Shown here: one piece after another, positions 51,981 to 61,495 of the stretch | Position numbering within the stretch: the stretch's first letter is position 1 | Layout of the letters: each line of letters opens with the position of its first letter | Source of the DNA: an uncultured Pseudomonadota bacterium | GTDB taxonomy: Bacteria > Babelota > Babeliae > Babelales > JAUPTZ01 | NCBI GenBank assembly: GCA_964429275.1 | Contig: CAYSBJ010000003.1 | Span: forward strand, 64,906 to 128,905 | Direction of reading: 5' to 3' | Length of the DNA: 64,000 bases | Notes under the pieces: generated by a model | Databases searched by the model: none | Told to the model about the DNA's origin: nothing | What the model saw: the letters and a program-made list of their open reading frames with translations, nothing else | Program-made: the position numbers and the translations under genes

Positions 51981-53495
51981 ATGAGTATCTCAGTATCGAT
52001 TGAATCATCAAAAAAAACTGCTGGCGCCGTTTTGGCTGCCGTAACGATTTCAGACGTTTCAAGTTCTCTTCGTTCATTACCAGATTTTGTTGCGACTGCA
52101 CTTGCGCCGTACATTAAAGGTATCGACCTTGCAGCAGTATTTAAAGCCGTTCATTTTACTGGTAAGTCTGGTCAAAGTTGTGCGCATGTAGCGAATGGAA
52201 TTCCGCTTGTTTTTGTAGGTCTTGGTGATCTAGATAAAAAAGCGGTTGACAATATGGAGACGCTGCGTCGTGCGTTAGGAATTGGTTACAATTATCTCAA
52301 AGCAACGGACGTAAAAGAAATAATGCTCTGCGTTCCAGAACCAAAACCATTTGGCCTTGCGCGTGAAGTGTACGTGGAACAAGTCACGACACTTCTTCAC
52401 ATTGCGAGCTATCAGTACGTAGAATTCAAAAAAGACAAAAAGACGTGGTCGCCAAAAATAAGTTTTGTTGGTACTGAGAAAAAGAATCTGCCCTCAATTG
52501 AAAACGGTACCATAATTGGCGAAGCCATGAATATGGCTCGTACATTGTCTGACACGCCACCAAATCATATGTATCCGCAAATAATGGCAGATAAAGCAAA
52601 ACAAATCGCCAAAGAATACGGACTTACCTACACTGTCATTAGCCAAGAAGAGGCGCGTGAGATGGGTATGGGTTGTTTTTATTCGGTAGCAAAAGGCTCT
52701 GAGCATGAAGGTAAAATCGTTGTACTAGAGTATAAAGCAGCGAAAGCAGCAAAAAAGAAGCCTATTGCCTTGGTCGGCAAAGGGGTGTGTTTTGATACCG
52801 GTGGTATCAGCTTGAAGCCATCAAATTATATGACTGGTATGAAGTATGACATGTCTGGTGCGGCTGCTGTTTTTGCCTCGATGCAGATTATTGCGCAGCT
52901 TAAACCGAGTGTATCAGTGGTTGGCGTAACGCCGTTGGTAGAAAACATGCCAAGCGGCCATGCAAGTAAGCAAGACGATGTGGTAATTGCCATGAATGGC
53001 ATTAACGTGGAAATTGAAAACACCGACGCAGAGGGGCGCTTGATTTTGTCTGACGCGCTGTGCCATGTACAGAAGAAATATGATCCTGCTGTTATTATTG
53101 ATATTGCAACGTTGACCGGTTCTTGTGCAGCAACTTTTGGGCCATTTTTTGCTGGACTGATGACTCGTGACGAAGATTTAGCAAAAGAGCTGACAGAAAT
53201 TGGCTTTTTTGTTGGTGACAAAGTCTGGCCATTGCCATTGTCTGATGAATACAAACCTGCTATCGAGTCGAGTGTTGCTGACATTTCCAATTCTGGTTCA
53301 CAAACCTACAAGGCAGGAGCAATTACGGCGGCATTGTTTTTAGAGCATTTTATTGAAAAAGGTCGTCGTTGGGCGCATTTAGATATTGCTGGAACTGATA
53401 GTAAAATCCCTGGCACTACCTATTTGGGGAAAGGGGCAACCGGTACCGGCATTCGGGTTATGGTTGAATTTGTCCGTCGATTTACGACAAAATAA
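51981..53495 (+). CDS. pepA: leucyl aminopeptidase (M17)
   Basis: 'VGKGVCFDTGGISLKP', 'MKYDMSGAA' and 'NTDAEGRLILSDAL'. Confidence 0.92.
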   Translation: MSISVSIESSKKTAGAVLAAVTISDVSSSLRSLPDFVATALAPYIKGIDLAAVFKAVHFTGKSGQSCAHVANGIPLVFVGLGDLDKKAVDNMETLRRALGIGYNYLKATDVKEIMLCVPEPKPFGLAREVYVEQVTTLLHIASYQYVEFKKDKKTWSPKISFVGTEKKNLPSIENGTIIGEAMNMARTLSDTPPNHMYPQIMADKAKQIAKEYGLTYTVISQEEAREMGMGCFYSVAKGSEHEGKIVVLEYKAAKAAKKKPIALVGKGVCFDTGGISLKPSNYMTGMKYDMSGAAAVFASMQIIAQLKPSVSVVGVTPLVENMPSGHASKQDDVVIAMNGINVEIENTDAEGRLILSDALCHVQKKYDPAVIIDIATLTGSCAATFGPFFAGLMTRDEDLAKELTEIGFFVGDKVWPLPLSDEYKPAIESSVADISNSGSQTYKAGAITAALFLEHFIEKGRRWAHLDIAGTDSKIPGTTYLGKGATGTGIRVMVEFVRRFTTK

Positions 53496-53521
53496 GTAGC
53501 GGATTTTAAAGGAGAGGGTAG

Positions 53522-54163
53522 ATGGACTATTCAGTGTTAATGTGGCTGCCGATATCGTTGTATGCGATAGCGCCATGGCCACAAGTGCGAACCAACTATC
53601 GAAGAGGCGACGCCGTCGGCTTGAGCCATTGGATGTTGTTTCTGCGGATTTTTGCTGTTTCAAGCTACACTGTGTATGTCTATCTACTTGACCTCCCGCT
53701 GGCACATAAGCTCTTGTATCCGATCTGTCTGTCTGGGCTCATTACACTTGCAATCCAAGGCTACTATTACGATCACCATCGGTCGGCGCAGCGCTGGTTG
53801 CGGTTTGCGTATTTCAAACAAATAACTGTTCTGGCGGCTCTGGTCGTCATGGGTTTCTGGTATCCAATTCAGGCCGGCATGTTGGCTGGCTGGTGCGCAG
53901 TGGTCACCGGTGTGATGTCTGATATGCCTCAGATTTACCGGAATTGGTGGCGAAAAAGTACGGTGGGGTTCAATATCCTCTTCTCTTCCGCCATTGGTTT
54001 TGGCGGTATTTGTGATTTAATCTTGTCTTTCGTGTACGGCTTGCCATTACCAACCATTCTGGCGACTGCCCGTGTAACGATCTGTTACTTCATTTATCTT
54101 ACTCAGTTCTTTGTGTATCGGCAGCGTGGGGCTGGTAATAGTGCGACGCCGATACAGAAGTAA
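53522..54163 (+). CDS. 7-TM PQ-loop repeat protein, paralog 1
   Basis: Two PQ motifs: 'APWPQVRTNYRRGDAVGLS' and 'MSDMPQIYRNWWRKSTVGFN'. ~7 hydrophobic segments. Confidence 0.7.
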   Translation: MDYSVLMWLPISLYAIAPWPQVRTNYRRGDAVGLSHWMLFLRIFAVSSYTVYVYLLDLPLAHKLLYPICLSGLITLAIQGYYYDHHRSAQRWLRFAYFKQITVLAALVVMGFWYPIQAGMLAGWCAVVTGVMSDMPQIYRNWWRKSTVGFNILFSSAIGFGGICDLILSFVYGLPLPTILATARVTICYFIYLTQFFVYRQRGAGNSATPIQK

Positions 54164-54334
54164 TGGCCGATCGTTTAATGAGCGGCTCGGCGATGAGTTG
54201 CTGATTTTGTCTCCCGTAGCATAAAACTATATCGTTTCTCTTATCTCATTGGATACACTCCTTAAGTCTTTTGGCCATCATCCGCTTCATCGTGAGACAC
54301 GCTGTCGCTATGACCATTTTTAAGGAATATCTGC

Positions 54335-54961
54335 ATGATACAATTAGCCGAATACATTGCCTGGGTTCCTATGCTGCTGTTTTGTGCCGCACCGTTGGCG
54401 CAGGTTTATCTTAACTGGCGTAAACAGTCTAGTAAGAGTCTGAGTCAATGGACTGTATTTTTGGGAATTTGTGGGCTTCTCTGCTCGCTGCTCTATGACC
54501 ATTTTATGTGCTTGCCGCTTGCCTATCGTGTTATGCATCCGCTTATACTTTTTGCCTGGCTGACTTTGGCGCTTCAGGAGTTTTGGTATAGTGGGCGGAC
54601 GAAGGTGCGGATGAGTGTGGTATACAGCTATACTGTTGTGCTGGCGCTGGCGGCAGGAGCGTTGGTCTGGGGGCGTTGGTATCCCCTTGAGATTGGTTTT
54701 ACAACTGGCTGGCTTTTTACGATTTTGTATGCCATCTTCCAGCTTCCGCAAATTGTGAAAAATCAGCAGGCGCGGAGTGTTGAGGGATTGAGTTTTTGGT
54801 ACGTTTCCATGCTGGGCGCGGCTGCATGTGCAGAGCTTGGTATTGCGTTTATGCGTTTGTTGCCGCTGCAAAGTGTGTTGAGTGCGGTGCGTGGTGTGTT
54901 GGTGTACGGCATATTTGTCTATCAGTTTGCATCATTTAGTCGCAACCCGAGAAAGGAATAA
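54335..54961 (+). CDS. 7-TM PQ-loop repeat protein, paralog 2
   Basis: 'AAPLAQVYLNWRKQSSKSLS' (first motif is AQ) and 'IFQLPQIVKNQQARSVEGLSF'. Confidence 0.7.
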   Translation: MIQLAEYIAWVPMLLFCAAPLAQVYLNWRKQSSKSLSQWTVFLGICGLLCSLLYDHFMCLPLAYRVMHPLILFAWLTLALQEFWYSGRTKVRMSVVYSYTVVLALAAGALVWGRWYPLEIGFTTGWLFTILYAIFQLPQIVKNQQARSVEGLSFWYVSMLGAAACAELGIAFMRLLPLQSVLSAVRGVLVYGIFVYQFASFSRNPRKE

Positions 54962-54969
54962 GAAAGTAT

Positions 54970-55611
54970 ATGGGTGAATTAAGTGTTATTTCTTACGGTT
55001 GGCTTGCCTGGGTCCCTTTTACGATTCAGTATTTTGCAGGGATGCCTCAGATCCTGTTGAACTATCAAAATCATTCGACCGCTGGACTCAGCTATCGAAT
55101 GGTCTTCTTTGATTACACCGGTAATTTAGCAACGACAATGTACACCTTTTTGTTGGTTCTTCCGCTTGCTTGCCGCGTTATGGAACCGCTTTGTTTGTTT
55201 AATATAGGCCTACTGGTGGCACAGTGTTTTTATTACTGCCGTGAGAAAGAGTCGCGCCAGTTCTTGGTTGCCTCGTATGCCACACTTCACGTAGTCGCCG
55301 GCCTCCTGTTGACGATTGCTTGGTGGTATCCAGCCGCTATTGGCAATGCAATGGGATGGATTTCGGTTGTGGTACAAATATTTACTCAGCTGCCGCAGGT
55401 GCTCAAAAACCATGCACGCAAAAGCGTAAAAGGGCTGAGCTTTGCCTATATCTCACTGCTTGGCTTTGCGGGGCTCATGGAGACGGTAATCTCTTTCTTA
55501 CTTGATTTGCCCATCCAGAACGTGTGTAATGGTCTGCGTGCGGTGGGCTATTATCTTGTGTTGTGTTACCAGTTTCGGCGCTACTCGGTACGCGCTGCAG
55601 CAATATCTTAA
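54970..55611 (+). CDS. 7-TM PQ-loop repeat protein, paralog 3
   Basis: 'FAGMPQILLNYQNHSTAGLSY' and 'IFTQLPQVLKNHARKSVKGLSF'. Confidence 0.7.
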   Translation: MGELSVISYGWLAWVPFTIQYFAGMPQILLNYQNHSTAGLSYRMVFFDYTGNLATTMYTFLLVLPLACRVMEPLCLFNIGLLVAQCFYYCREKESRQFLVASYATLHVVAGLLLTIAWWYPAAIGNAMGWISVVVQIFTQLPQVLKNHARKSVKGLSFAYISLLGFAGLMETVISFLLDLPIQNVCNGLRAVGYYLVLCYQFRRYSVRAAAIS

Positions 55612-55618
55612 GATAGGC

Positions 55619-57913
55619 TTACTGCTTGCCCTCAGCAGCTTTAATAGCCTCCCCCAGGGGATCGGTGAGAGAGCTATGATCGGGAATCCCGTACCCATAA
55701 TTGTAGATCTCTGTACGAATCCTCTTAGCGGCGGCCAGGTCAGTCAGCGTTATTGGTTGCTTCTTAGCAAGCTCAATAAGCTCGATGGCTTCTAGGCCTG
55801 TTTTTAGTTCGTAAAGGAGCGTCGGCTTTGTTGTGAAAAGCGTCGCTAGCTTATTGGCTATTTGCTGAGCAATAGGATCATCTTGTGCGGTTTTCTGTAT
55901 TAGCTCAAATGCTGCGGTGAAGGAAGCCGATTCTGCTTTTAAGGGCAGTTCGCCATACGTATTGCCGTAGAGCGCATTCCATTTGGTGCAAACCTCAGTG
56001 TAGTACCTGCATTTGCCTTCTAAGGAGGCATCGCCGCTTTCTACGTACAAGCTGCCATTCTCCGGGTTTCTTTGTAAAGGAATGGGAATGTTATCATCAG
56101 AAAGCTCACTTAGGAACTTGCTACCGCTTTCCTCGAGTGACGCCTCTTCCTCCTCTATCTCGTCAAGGCGGCTCTGCATTATATCATCTATTTTCTGAAT
56201 TGCAGTCTTGACTCCTGGGAGGGTAAGCTTTCCTATAAAGTGCTTAAATTCCTCGCTCGTGTCGTATACCTTGCCGCCATCAGACATGTCAGCGACTTTA
56301 GTTTCGAACATGTTTATTACGCTGCTCACTAAAGCCTCGTGGATTGCTCTTAAATCGTTAGCGAATGTTTTCGTCATCTCATTATCCACGATATCTTTTG
56401 GTAGAGTTTTCAGAGATTTATTAATTACGTCAGCTTTCGAGAGGCGCTGCTCGGAATCATCCATTATCAGTGGATCATGGAGCTCCTCGGTGTACAGGGT
56501 GAGAAGGCGGCTAAGTGCACTTTCTTTCATAAGCTTCATAACTTCTGTAGTAAATGGTCGGTTTTGGGCATTCGTTGGGCTCCTCTTCAGGAATTGTTCT
56601 AAGTCGCTTGAGTTGTCCTTGGCAGATAAATCTTTTTGTATCTCCTGTAAGAATTGGCTTAAGAGTTTTTCCTTGAATTCTTTCAAAGCTGTGGCGGCAC
56701 GAGAATCTGGAGAAAGTTTGCTTAGAAGTGCGCTAATCTCTTCTCCTTTTTGAAATACAATATTCACGTCGACTTGGTTGGTTTTATCCTCCAGGTCTCT
56801 AACGAATTGTTCAAAATCTGCTATCTGTTGTTGTATCTCAGGGGTGATTGAGGAATCTGCTGCACTTGCGTTTGTCGTCAACAAGGGAGTATCTTCGTCT
56901 GTAGGCTTTACTGTCTCGTGTTTTCCTGAAGGGCTTTGGTCGTCCGCGTTCGGCACCACGGAAGTCGTAGTCGGCTTCAACTGTATGTCTTTATCATCTC
57001 GAACAGAGTTCGCGGGCTGCGGGTTTTGAACTACGCTTGAGTCCTTTCCAGTAGGTTTTACTTGGGGGAGAGTCGTATGAACGGGCTTTGCAAGGCTTGT
57101 TCGAGGAGATACGTCTTTCGCATCTGGATTTTTTAGTGTTTTAGTATGTTCTGTGACGGGTGCAGTAACTCTCATAGAAGTTTTTTGTTCTTCTCGGCTC
57201 TCTGCTTTTGTGACTTCCGGTTCAGCGTTCACGAGGTTATCAGGAGTCTCTGCAGCAGGTTTTGCTTGAGGGAGTGGCACGGCCCTAGGGGTGCGCATTG
57301 GGTTTGTAGAAGTTTGGCTGGGTTCAGTGTTTTCTGTGCCAGGTGCAGTAACTCTGATAGGAGTCTCTTGTTTTTCTGGGCTCTCTGCTTCTGTGACCCC
57401 CGGTTTAGCCTCTATCGGGTTATCATTAGTCTCTTCGGCAAAATTTGGTAGTGGCGTATCTGAGCTGGCGCTGACTGCATTGCTTTCGTTGCCTCCAGTG
57501 TCGTTCGTATTGCTTTCTTGAGCATGTACGGTTATTGACGGATCCTGTTTTGGCGATGTTTGTTCTTTAGCGTAGCCATAGCCATTGAACTCAACACCTC
57601 CCGCAAGGATGAATGGTAGGAGGCTGCCGAGGATTAATTGCGTTGTAACAGCGCGATTTTCTTTTTTGAAAAGTCTTTTGAGTTTAGCTTTGCTGAGTTT
57701 GCCACTTTTAAACAAGTAGGCCAAATTCAGGAGGCCAACGGCACCAAGTCCTGCAGCATACGTATGGCGATGCGTCTTGAGGTGGGTGTTCAGTGTGCCG
57801 AGTGCTGAGTCTTCTGTGCTGGCATCAGCGGCAGAGGGAGTGGTGTGCAGGTTGTTGGTGGCAAGTGCTGTAATGAGCAGTAGAGAAAGTAGGCGCAAGT
57901 GCTTGATATTCAT
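55619..57913 (-). CDS. bilobed-hydrophobic-module family protein (member C)
   Basis: The N-terminal 139 aa are identical to member D. Module 'HLKTHRHTYAAGLGAVGLLNLAYLFKSGKLSKAKLKRLFKKENRAVTTQLILGSLLPFILAGGVEFNGYGY'. A 183-bp tandem repeat lies at 57148-57445. The C-terminus is helical. Confidence 0.65.
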   Translation of the reverse strand: MNIKHLRLLSLLLITALATNNLHTTPSAADASTEDSALGTLNTHLKTHRHTYAAGLGAVGLLNLAYLFKSGKLSKAKLKRLFKKENRAVTTQLILGSLLPFILAGGVEFNGYGYAKEQTSPKQDPSITVHAQESNTNDTGGNESNAVSASSDTPLPNFAEETNDNPIEAKPGVTEAESPEKQETPIRVTAPGTENTEPSQTSTNPMRTPRAVPLPQAKPAAETPDNLVNAEPEVTKAESREEQKTSMRVTAPVTEHTKTLKNPDAKDVSPRTSLAKPVHTTLPQVKPTGKDSSVVQNPQPANSVRDDKDIQLKPTTTSVVPNADDQSPSGKHETVKPTDEDTPLLTTNASAADSSITPEIQQQIADFEQFVRDLEDKTNQVDVNIVFQKGEEISALLSKLSPDSRAATALKEFKEKLLSQFLQEIQKDLSAKDNSSDLEQFLKRSPTNAQNRPFTTEVMKLMKESALSRLLTLYTEELHDPLIMDDSEQRLSKADVINKSLKTLPKDIVDNEMTKTFANDLRAIHEALVSSVINMFETKVADMSDGGKVYDTSEEFKHFIGKLTLPGVKTAIQKIDDIMQSRLDEIEEEEASLEESGSKFLSELSDDNIPIPLQRNPENGSLYVESGDASLEGKCRYYTEVCTKWNALYGNTYGELPLKAESASFTAAFELIQKTAQDDPIAQQIANKLATLFTTKPTLLYELKTGLEAIELIELAKKQPITLTDLAAAKRIRTEIYNYGYGIPDHSSLTDPLGEAIKAAEGKQ

Positions 57914-58020
57914 AGAGAATCCCCGGCTAATTGTATAGTATTCTATGGTTTATTCTACACTATTTGAGTAAAAGAACGCAAATGATTGTGGTTTTTTACC
58001 GGCAAAAATAGTGTCTACTC

Positions 58021-59556
58021 TTACGCAGGATTTTGGATCACGAACGCTTCGCCATTCCACTGGAAGCCAGCCTTTATAAGCTTGTCGATCTTCTGAAGAA
58101 TGGGATGCTTCAGAAGCTCTTGCTGCCAATTAGGGCGCTCCTCACGTATTTGGATCTCATTAAAAAAATTAAAAGTTCTATTACGCGGAGAACTTTCCTT
58201 TTCAAAGCTGTGGCGAGTGGTGTCATGTCCTTGTGCAAGAGTCAATAAATCTTGAAGAAACTCCACCGCGTGATCTATATCCGAGATTGGGAAATCACTA
58301 TCCCCACCATAATCGGGATTTCCTAGCCAATTGGCCACGAGCGGAAAAGCTATTGGGTTATGAGGTAACTGTTCAACGACCGTACCTGCATTGTCTTTGA
58401 TTTCTCTTGCTATTGCCTCAAGCTTACCAGGTTCTGCTTTGAGATTTAGAATTAAGGAGTCTACTGCCAGTTTTTTAGTTGCCGCCCATTTTAGAGCTAT
58501 CTGAGATGTCGTCAATTCCTTTTCGCGTTGCAGCGACTTGGATAGCTGCGAGAGAGTTTCTATTTTTTTCTGCAGAGAATCACCGGCTTCTTTTTCCTTG
58601 AGCTCGCTCCATTTTCTGAGCATGCGATTGTGGATAGGATTAAATATATTTTTGAGCCAGTCTTTAATTTCATGGTTATGTACTGTCGAATCAAAACAAC
58701 CCTTTATCGTGGCTGTCTCAATGAGGTAGAGCGCTTGTTCGTCGATTTCAGCAACCTCAGTGCATGTATCAAGTCGTTTTGCAAATTCTTCAGTGTGCGC
58801 CATACGCTCTTCTATGGTTGGTGAAGATGCTTCAGCAGAGGCATCTTCTCCGTGGCGCGCGGCCGCTTTTTCGGTTTCCTCAGTGACGATTTCTGTGCTT
58901 TGCGCTACGCGCGGCACTCTGCCGCGCGTCTCTGCAGCAGGTTCTGTTGCCGGCATATTGGAGGTGGCGCTGGCAGGATCACTTTCGTTGTCTTCAGTAT
59001 CACTTTCGTTGTCTTCAGCGTCGTCCGTTTCTTCGACGGCTTCATTGCTGGTGTTTTGAATCTTAGAAGTAAGTGGCAAGGGGCTGCTTAGTGGTAGCAT
59101 ATTGGAGGTGGCGCTGACTGCATCACCTTCGCTGCCTCCAGTGTCGTTCGTATTGCTTTCTTGAGCATGTACGGTTATTGACGGATCCTGTTTTGGCGAT
59201 GTTTGTTCTTTAGCGTAGCCATAGCCATTGAACTCAACACCTCCCGCAAGGATGAATGGTAGGAGGCTGCCGAGGATTAATTGCGTTGTAACAGCGCGAT
59301 TTTCTTTTTTGAAAAGTCTTTTGAGTTTAGCTTTGCTGAGTTTGCCACTTTTAAACAAGTAGGCCAAATTCAGGAGGCCAACGGCACCAAGTCCTGCAGC
59401 ATACGTATGGCGATGCGTCTTGAGGTGGGTGTTCAGTGTGCCGAGTGCTGAGTCTTCTGTGCTGGCATCAGCGGCAGAGGGAGTGGTGTGCAGGTTGTTG
59501 GTGGCAAGTGCTGTAATGAGCAGTAGAGAAAGTAGGCGCAAGTGCTTGATATTCAT
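58021..59556 (-). CDS. bilobed-hydrophobic-module family protein (member D)
   Basis: It has the same N-terminal module as member C, then an acidic linker and an unrelated helical C-terminal domain. Confidence 0.65.
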   Translation of the reverse strand: MNIKHLRLLSLLLITALATNNLHTTPSAADASTEDSALGTLNTHLKTHRHTYAAGLGAVGLLNLAYLFKSGKLSKAKLKRLFKKENRAVTTQLILGSLLPFILAGGVEFNGYGYAKEQTSPKQDPSITVHAQESNTNDTGGSEGDAVSATSNMLPLSSPLPLTSKIQNTSNEAVEETDDAEDNESDTEDNESDPASATSNMPATEPAAETRGRVPRVAQSTEIVTEETEKAAARHGEDASAEASSPTIEERMAHTEEFAKRLDTCTEVAEIDEQALYLIETATIKGCFDSTVHNHEIKDWLKNIFNPIHNRMLRKWSELKEKEAGDSLQKKIETLSQLSKSLQREKELTTSQIALKWAATKKLAVDSLILNLKAEPGKLEAIAREIKDNAGTVVEQLPHNPIAFPLVANWLGNPDYGGDSDFPISDIDHAVEFLQDLLTLAQGHDTTRHSFEKESSPRNRTFNFFNEIQIREERPNWQQELLKHPILQKIDKLIKAGFQWNGEAFVIQNPA

Positions 59557-59834
59557 CGAGAATCCCCGGCTAAATTTATAGTATTCATGGTTTATTCTAC
59601 ACTATTTGAGTAAAAGAGCGCAAATGATTGTGGTTTTTAGTCGCGCAAGCGCACCACCTTTATCAAAGAGCGTGAAGCCCTTTGGGGGGGGGGGATGCGG
59701 TTTGGCCGCATGAAGGAAATATATGCTAGAATCAAGGCTTGAGTGGCTGCGTATTGGTCAATGGTATCTTTTTATTTAAGATTACTTATATGCTTAAGAT
59801 AGTACTGTGGTTGGTTGTTTTTGAGAGGAGCTCT

Positions 59835-60608
59835 ATGAATATTTCAGTGTGGTTGTTGTGCGCATTATTGGGGAATGTGGCCACCATGACTGCTACTCCC
59901 GGGCACATTAAGCCAGGAAAATTATTTGTAGCTTCGGGGCAATTTGATTCGCTTCTTAGCTCTCTGCGGAAAGAGCTGAAGAAAGCGCAGACGGTTAACC
60001 CTATGGACGCCGTAATTAAGTCCTTTTCCGACACAGTGAGTGCAGTGAACGGGCTTCTTGTTCAGCAGCAGCAACAATGGAAAACATTCCTTGATACTGA
60101 GGAAGGTGCTCTGTCCGTAGTACTAGATATTTCAATGTTTATTGCTGGTGTTGCGACAGTACTTTCTACTATGCCTCCGGCTTCTGACGATGCTATGAAG
60201 ACATACCGTTCTGTTGCTGCCGACTGCAATAAGGCGCTGCAAGCGGTTATTTCAAATCCAAATTTCATGTTGTTGCCTATGAATTCCGACGAAGCAAAGG
60301 CGATACTGAATGCCAATAATAAGAAGCCAGAGTCAGCATCGAGTACAGCCAACCTTGTCGTGCCAGATGCGACGCTTTCTGGTCCTCCAACTCCTGCTGT
60401 CGCCATGCAGCCGACACCATCAGTATCGACTGATATAGCGCTTGGGCAGAATACTGCGATTTCCGGTCCGATGGGCGCAATGACTATGCCGTCCGATATG
60501 ATGGCTCCGATTTCGTGTGTATCAGCATCTTCCACTGGACCATCAGGGTCTGATGCATCTCTTGTTTCGCCTGTGGCGCCGGGTGCAGTTTCCGCTCCGC
60601 AGTCCTAA
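59835..60608 (+). CDS. hypothetical secreted protein with a Ser/Pro/Ala-rich tail
   Basis: SD gagagga then the ATG at 59835 (MNISVWLLCALLGNVATMTA). No recognisable family. Confidence 0.45.
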   Translation: MNISVWLLCALLGNVATMTATPGHIKPGKLFVASGQFDSLLSSLRKELKKAQTVNPMDAVIKSFSDTVSAVNGLLVQQQQQWKTFLDTEEGALSVVLDISMFIAGVATVLSTMPPASDDAMKTYRSVAADCNKALQAVISNPNFMLLPMNSDEAKAILNANNKKPESASSTANLVVPDATLSGPPTPAVAMQPTPSVSTDIALGQNTAISGPMGAMTMPSDMMAPISCVSASSTGPSGSDASLVSPVAPGAVSAPQS

Positions 60609-60791
60609 ACGATTAATTGATTGTTAAGGGCGATTGCTTGCAGCTGGACTTCGTTCATGGAGGCGGCACTGTAGCCCCTTATAATCAAAAGGCCGAGTGT
60701 GGCTAAAGAAAAAAAGAATGATTTTTTAATTGAATTGCGATTGCAGTCGTAGTTTTTTTTGTAATGTACTTCGTACTTGCAAAGGGGAAAG

Positions 60792-60879
60792 CTGGTGGAG
60801 AGAGAGGGATTCGAACCCCCGATGCCTTTCAACATAACGGTTTTCAAGACCGCCGCATTCAACCGCTCTGCCATCTCTC
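60792..60879 (-). tRNA. tRNA-Ser (anticodon UGA)
   Basis: Minus-strand read: GGAGAGATGGCAGAGCGGTTGAATGCGGCGGTCTTGAAAACCGTTATGTTGAAAGGCATCGGGGGTTCGAATCCCTCTCTCTCCACCA. It has a long variable arm, a T-loop GTTCGAATC and an encoded CCA. Confidence 0.9.
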
Positions 60880-60914
60880 CATGAATGTACATATTTTTGT
60901 TTGCCCGTAGGCGA

Positions 60915-61006
60915 ATGGTGGAGAGAGAGGGATTCGAACCCTCGATACCCTTTTCAGAGTATACGCACTTAGCAGGCGCGCGCTTTCGACCGCTCAGCCA
61001 TCTCTC
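60915..61006 (-). tRNA. tRNA-Ser (anticodon GCU)
   Basis: Minus-strand read: GGAGAGATGGCTGAGCGGTCGAAAGCGCGCGCCTGCTAAGTGCG...GGGTTCGAATCCCTCTCTCTCCACCA. The anticodon loop is CTGCTAA, with a long variable arm and an encoded CCA. Confidence 0.9.
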
Positions 61007-61086
61007 CATACCGTAGAATTTCGTTTTCACGAATATTATTACACATATTTTATAGACCGCAAGTTCGCATAAACTTGTTTTAAGAA

Positions 61087-61163
61087 TGGTGCGCCCAATA
61101 GGAGTCGAACCTATAACCGCCAGATTCGTAGTCTGGTACTCTATCCAATTGAGCTATGGGCGC
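61087..61163 (-). tRNA. tRNA-Arg (anticodon ACG)
   Basis: Minus-strand read: GCGCCCATAGCTCAATTGGATAGAGTACCAGACTACGAATCTGGCGGTTATAGGTTCGACTCCTATTGGGCGCACCA. It aligns arm by arm with E. coli tRNA-Arg(ACG). Confidence 0.92.
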
Positions 61164-61495
61164 ACATATATTTCAAAGTATTTAGTCTGTATTTGTTATA
61201 TGAGCCTGCGGCAGTCCGCTGTAGTTAGCTGTTCTAGCGTAACGAAGGAGGAAGCTATGGGCGCACATATATTTCAAAACGAGCCGGAAGTATAGTCAAT
61301 AAAAAAACGATTGTCTTCAGAAAAGTGTATTTTTTGAGAAATTTTTTCTTTTGCCTGCTGAAAGGCCCTCGTTTTTGCCCCATATAGAAACATTTTTGCA
61401 GTCGCCCATATCTTAATTTTTTCTTATATGCTAATATCCGCGACCCTTTTTTTTACATATACAGCCGTTTTTACCATTGTTTTATCGTATTTTGG

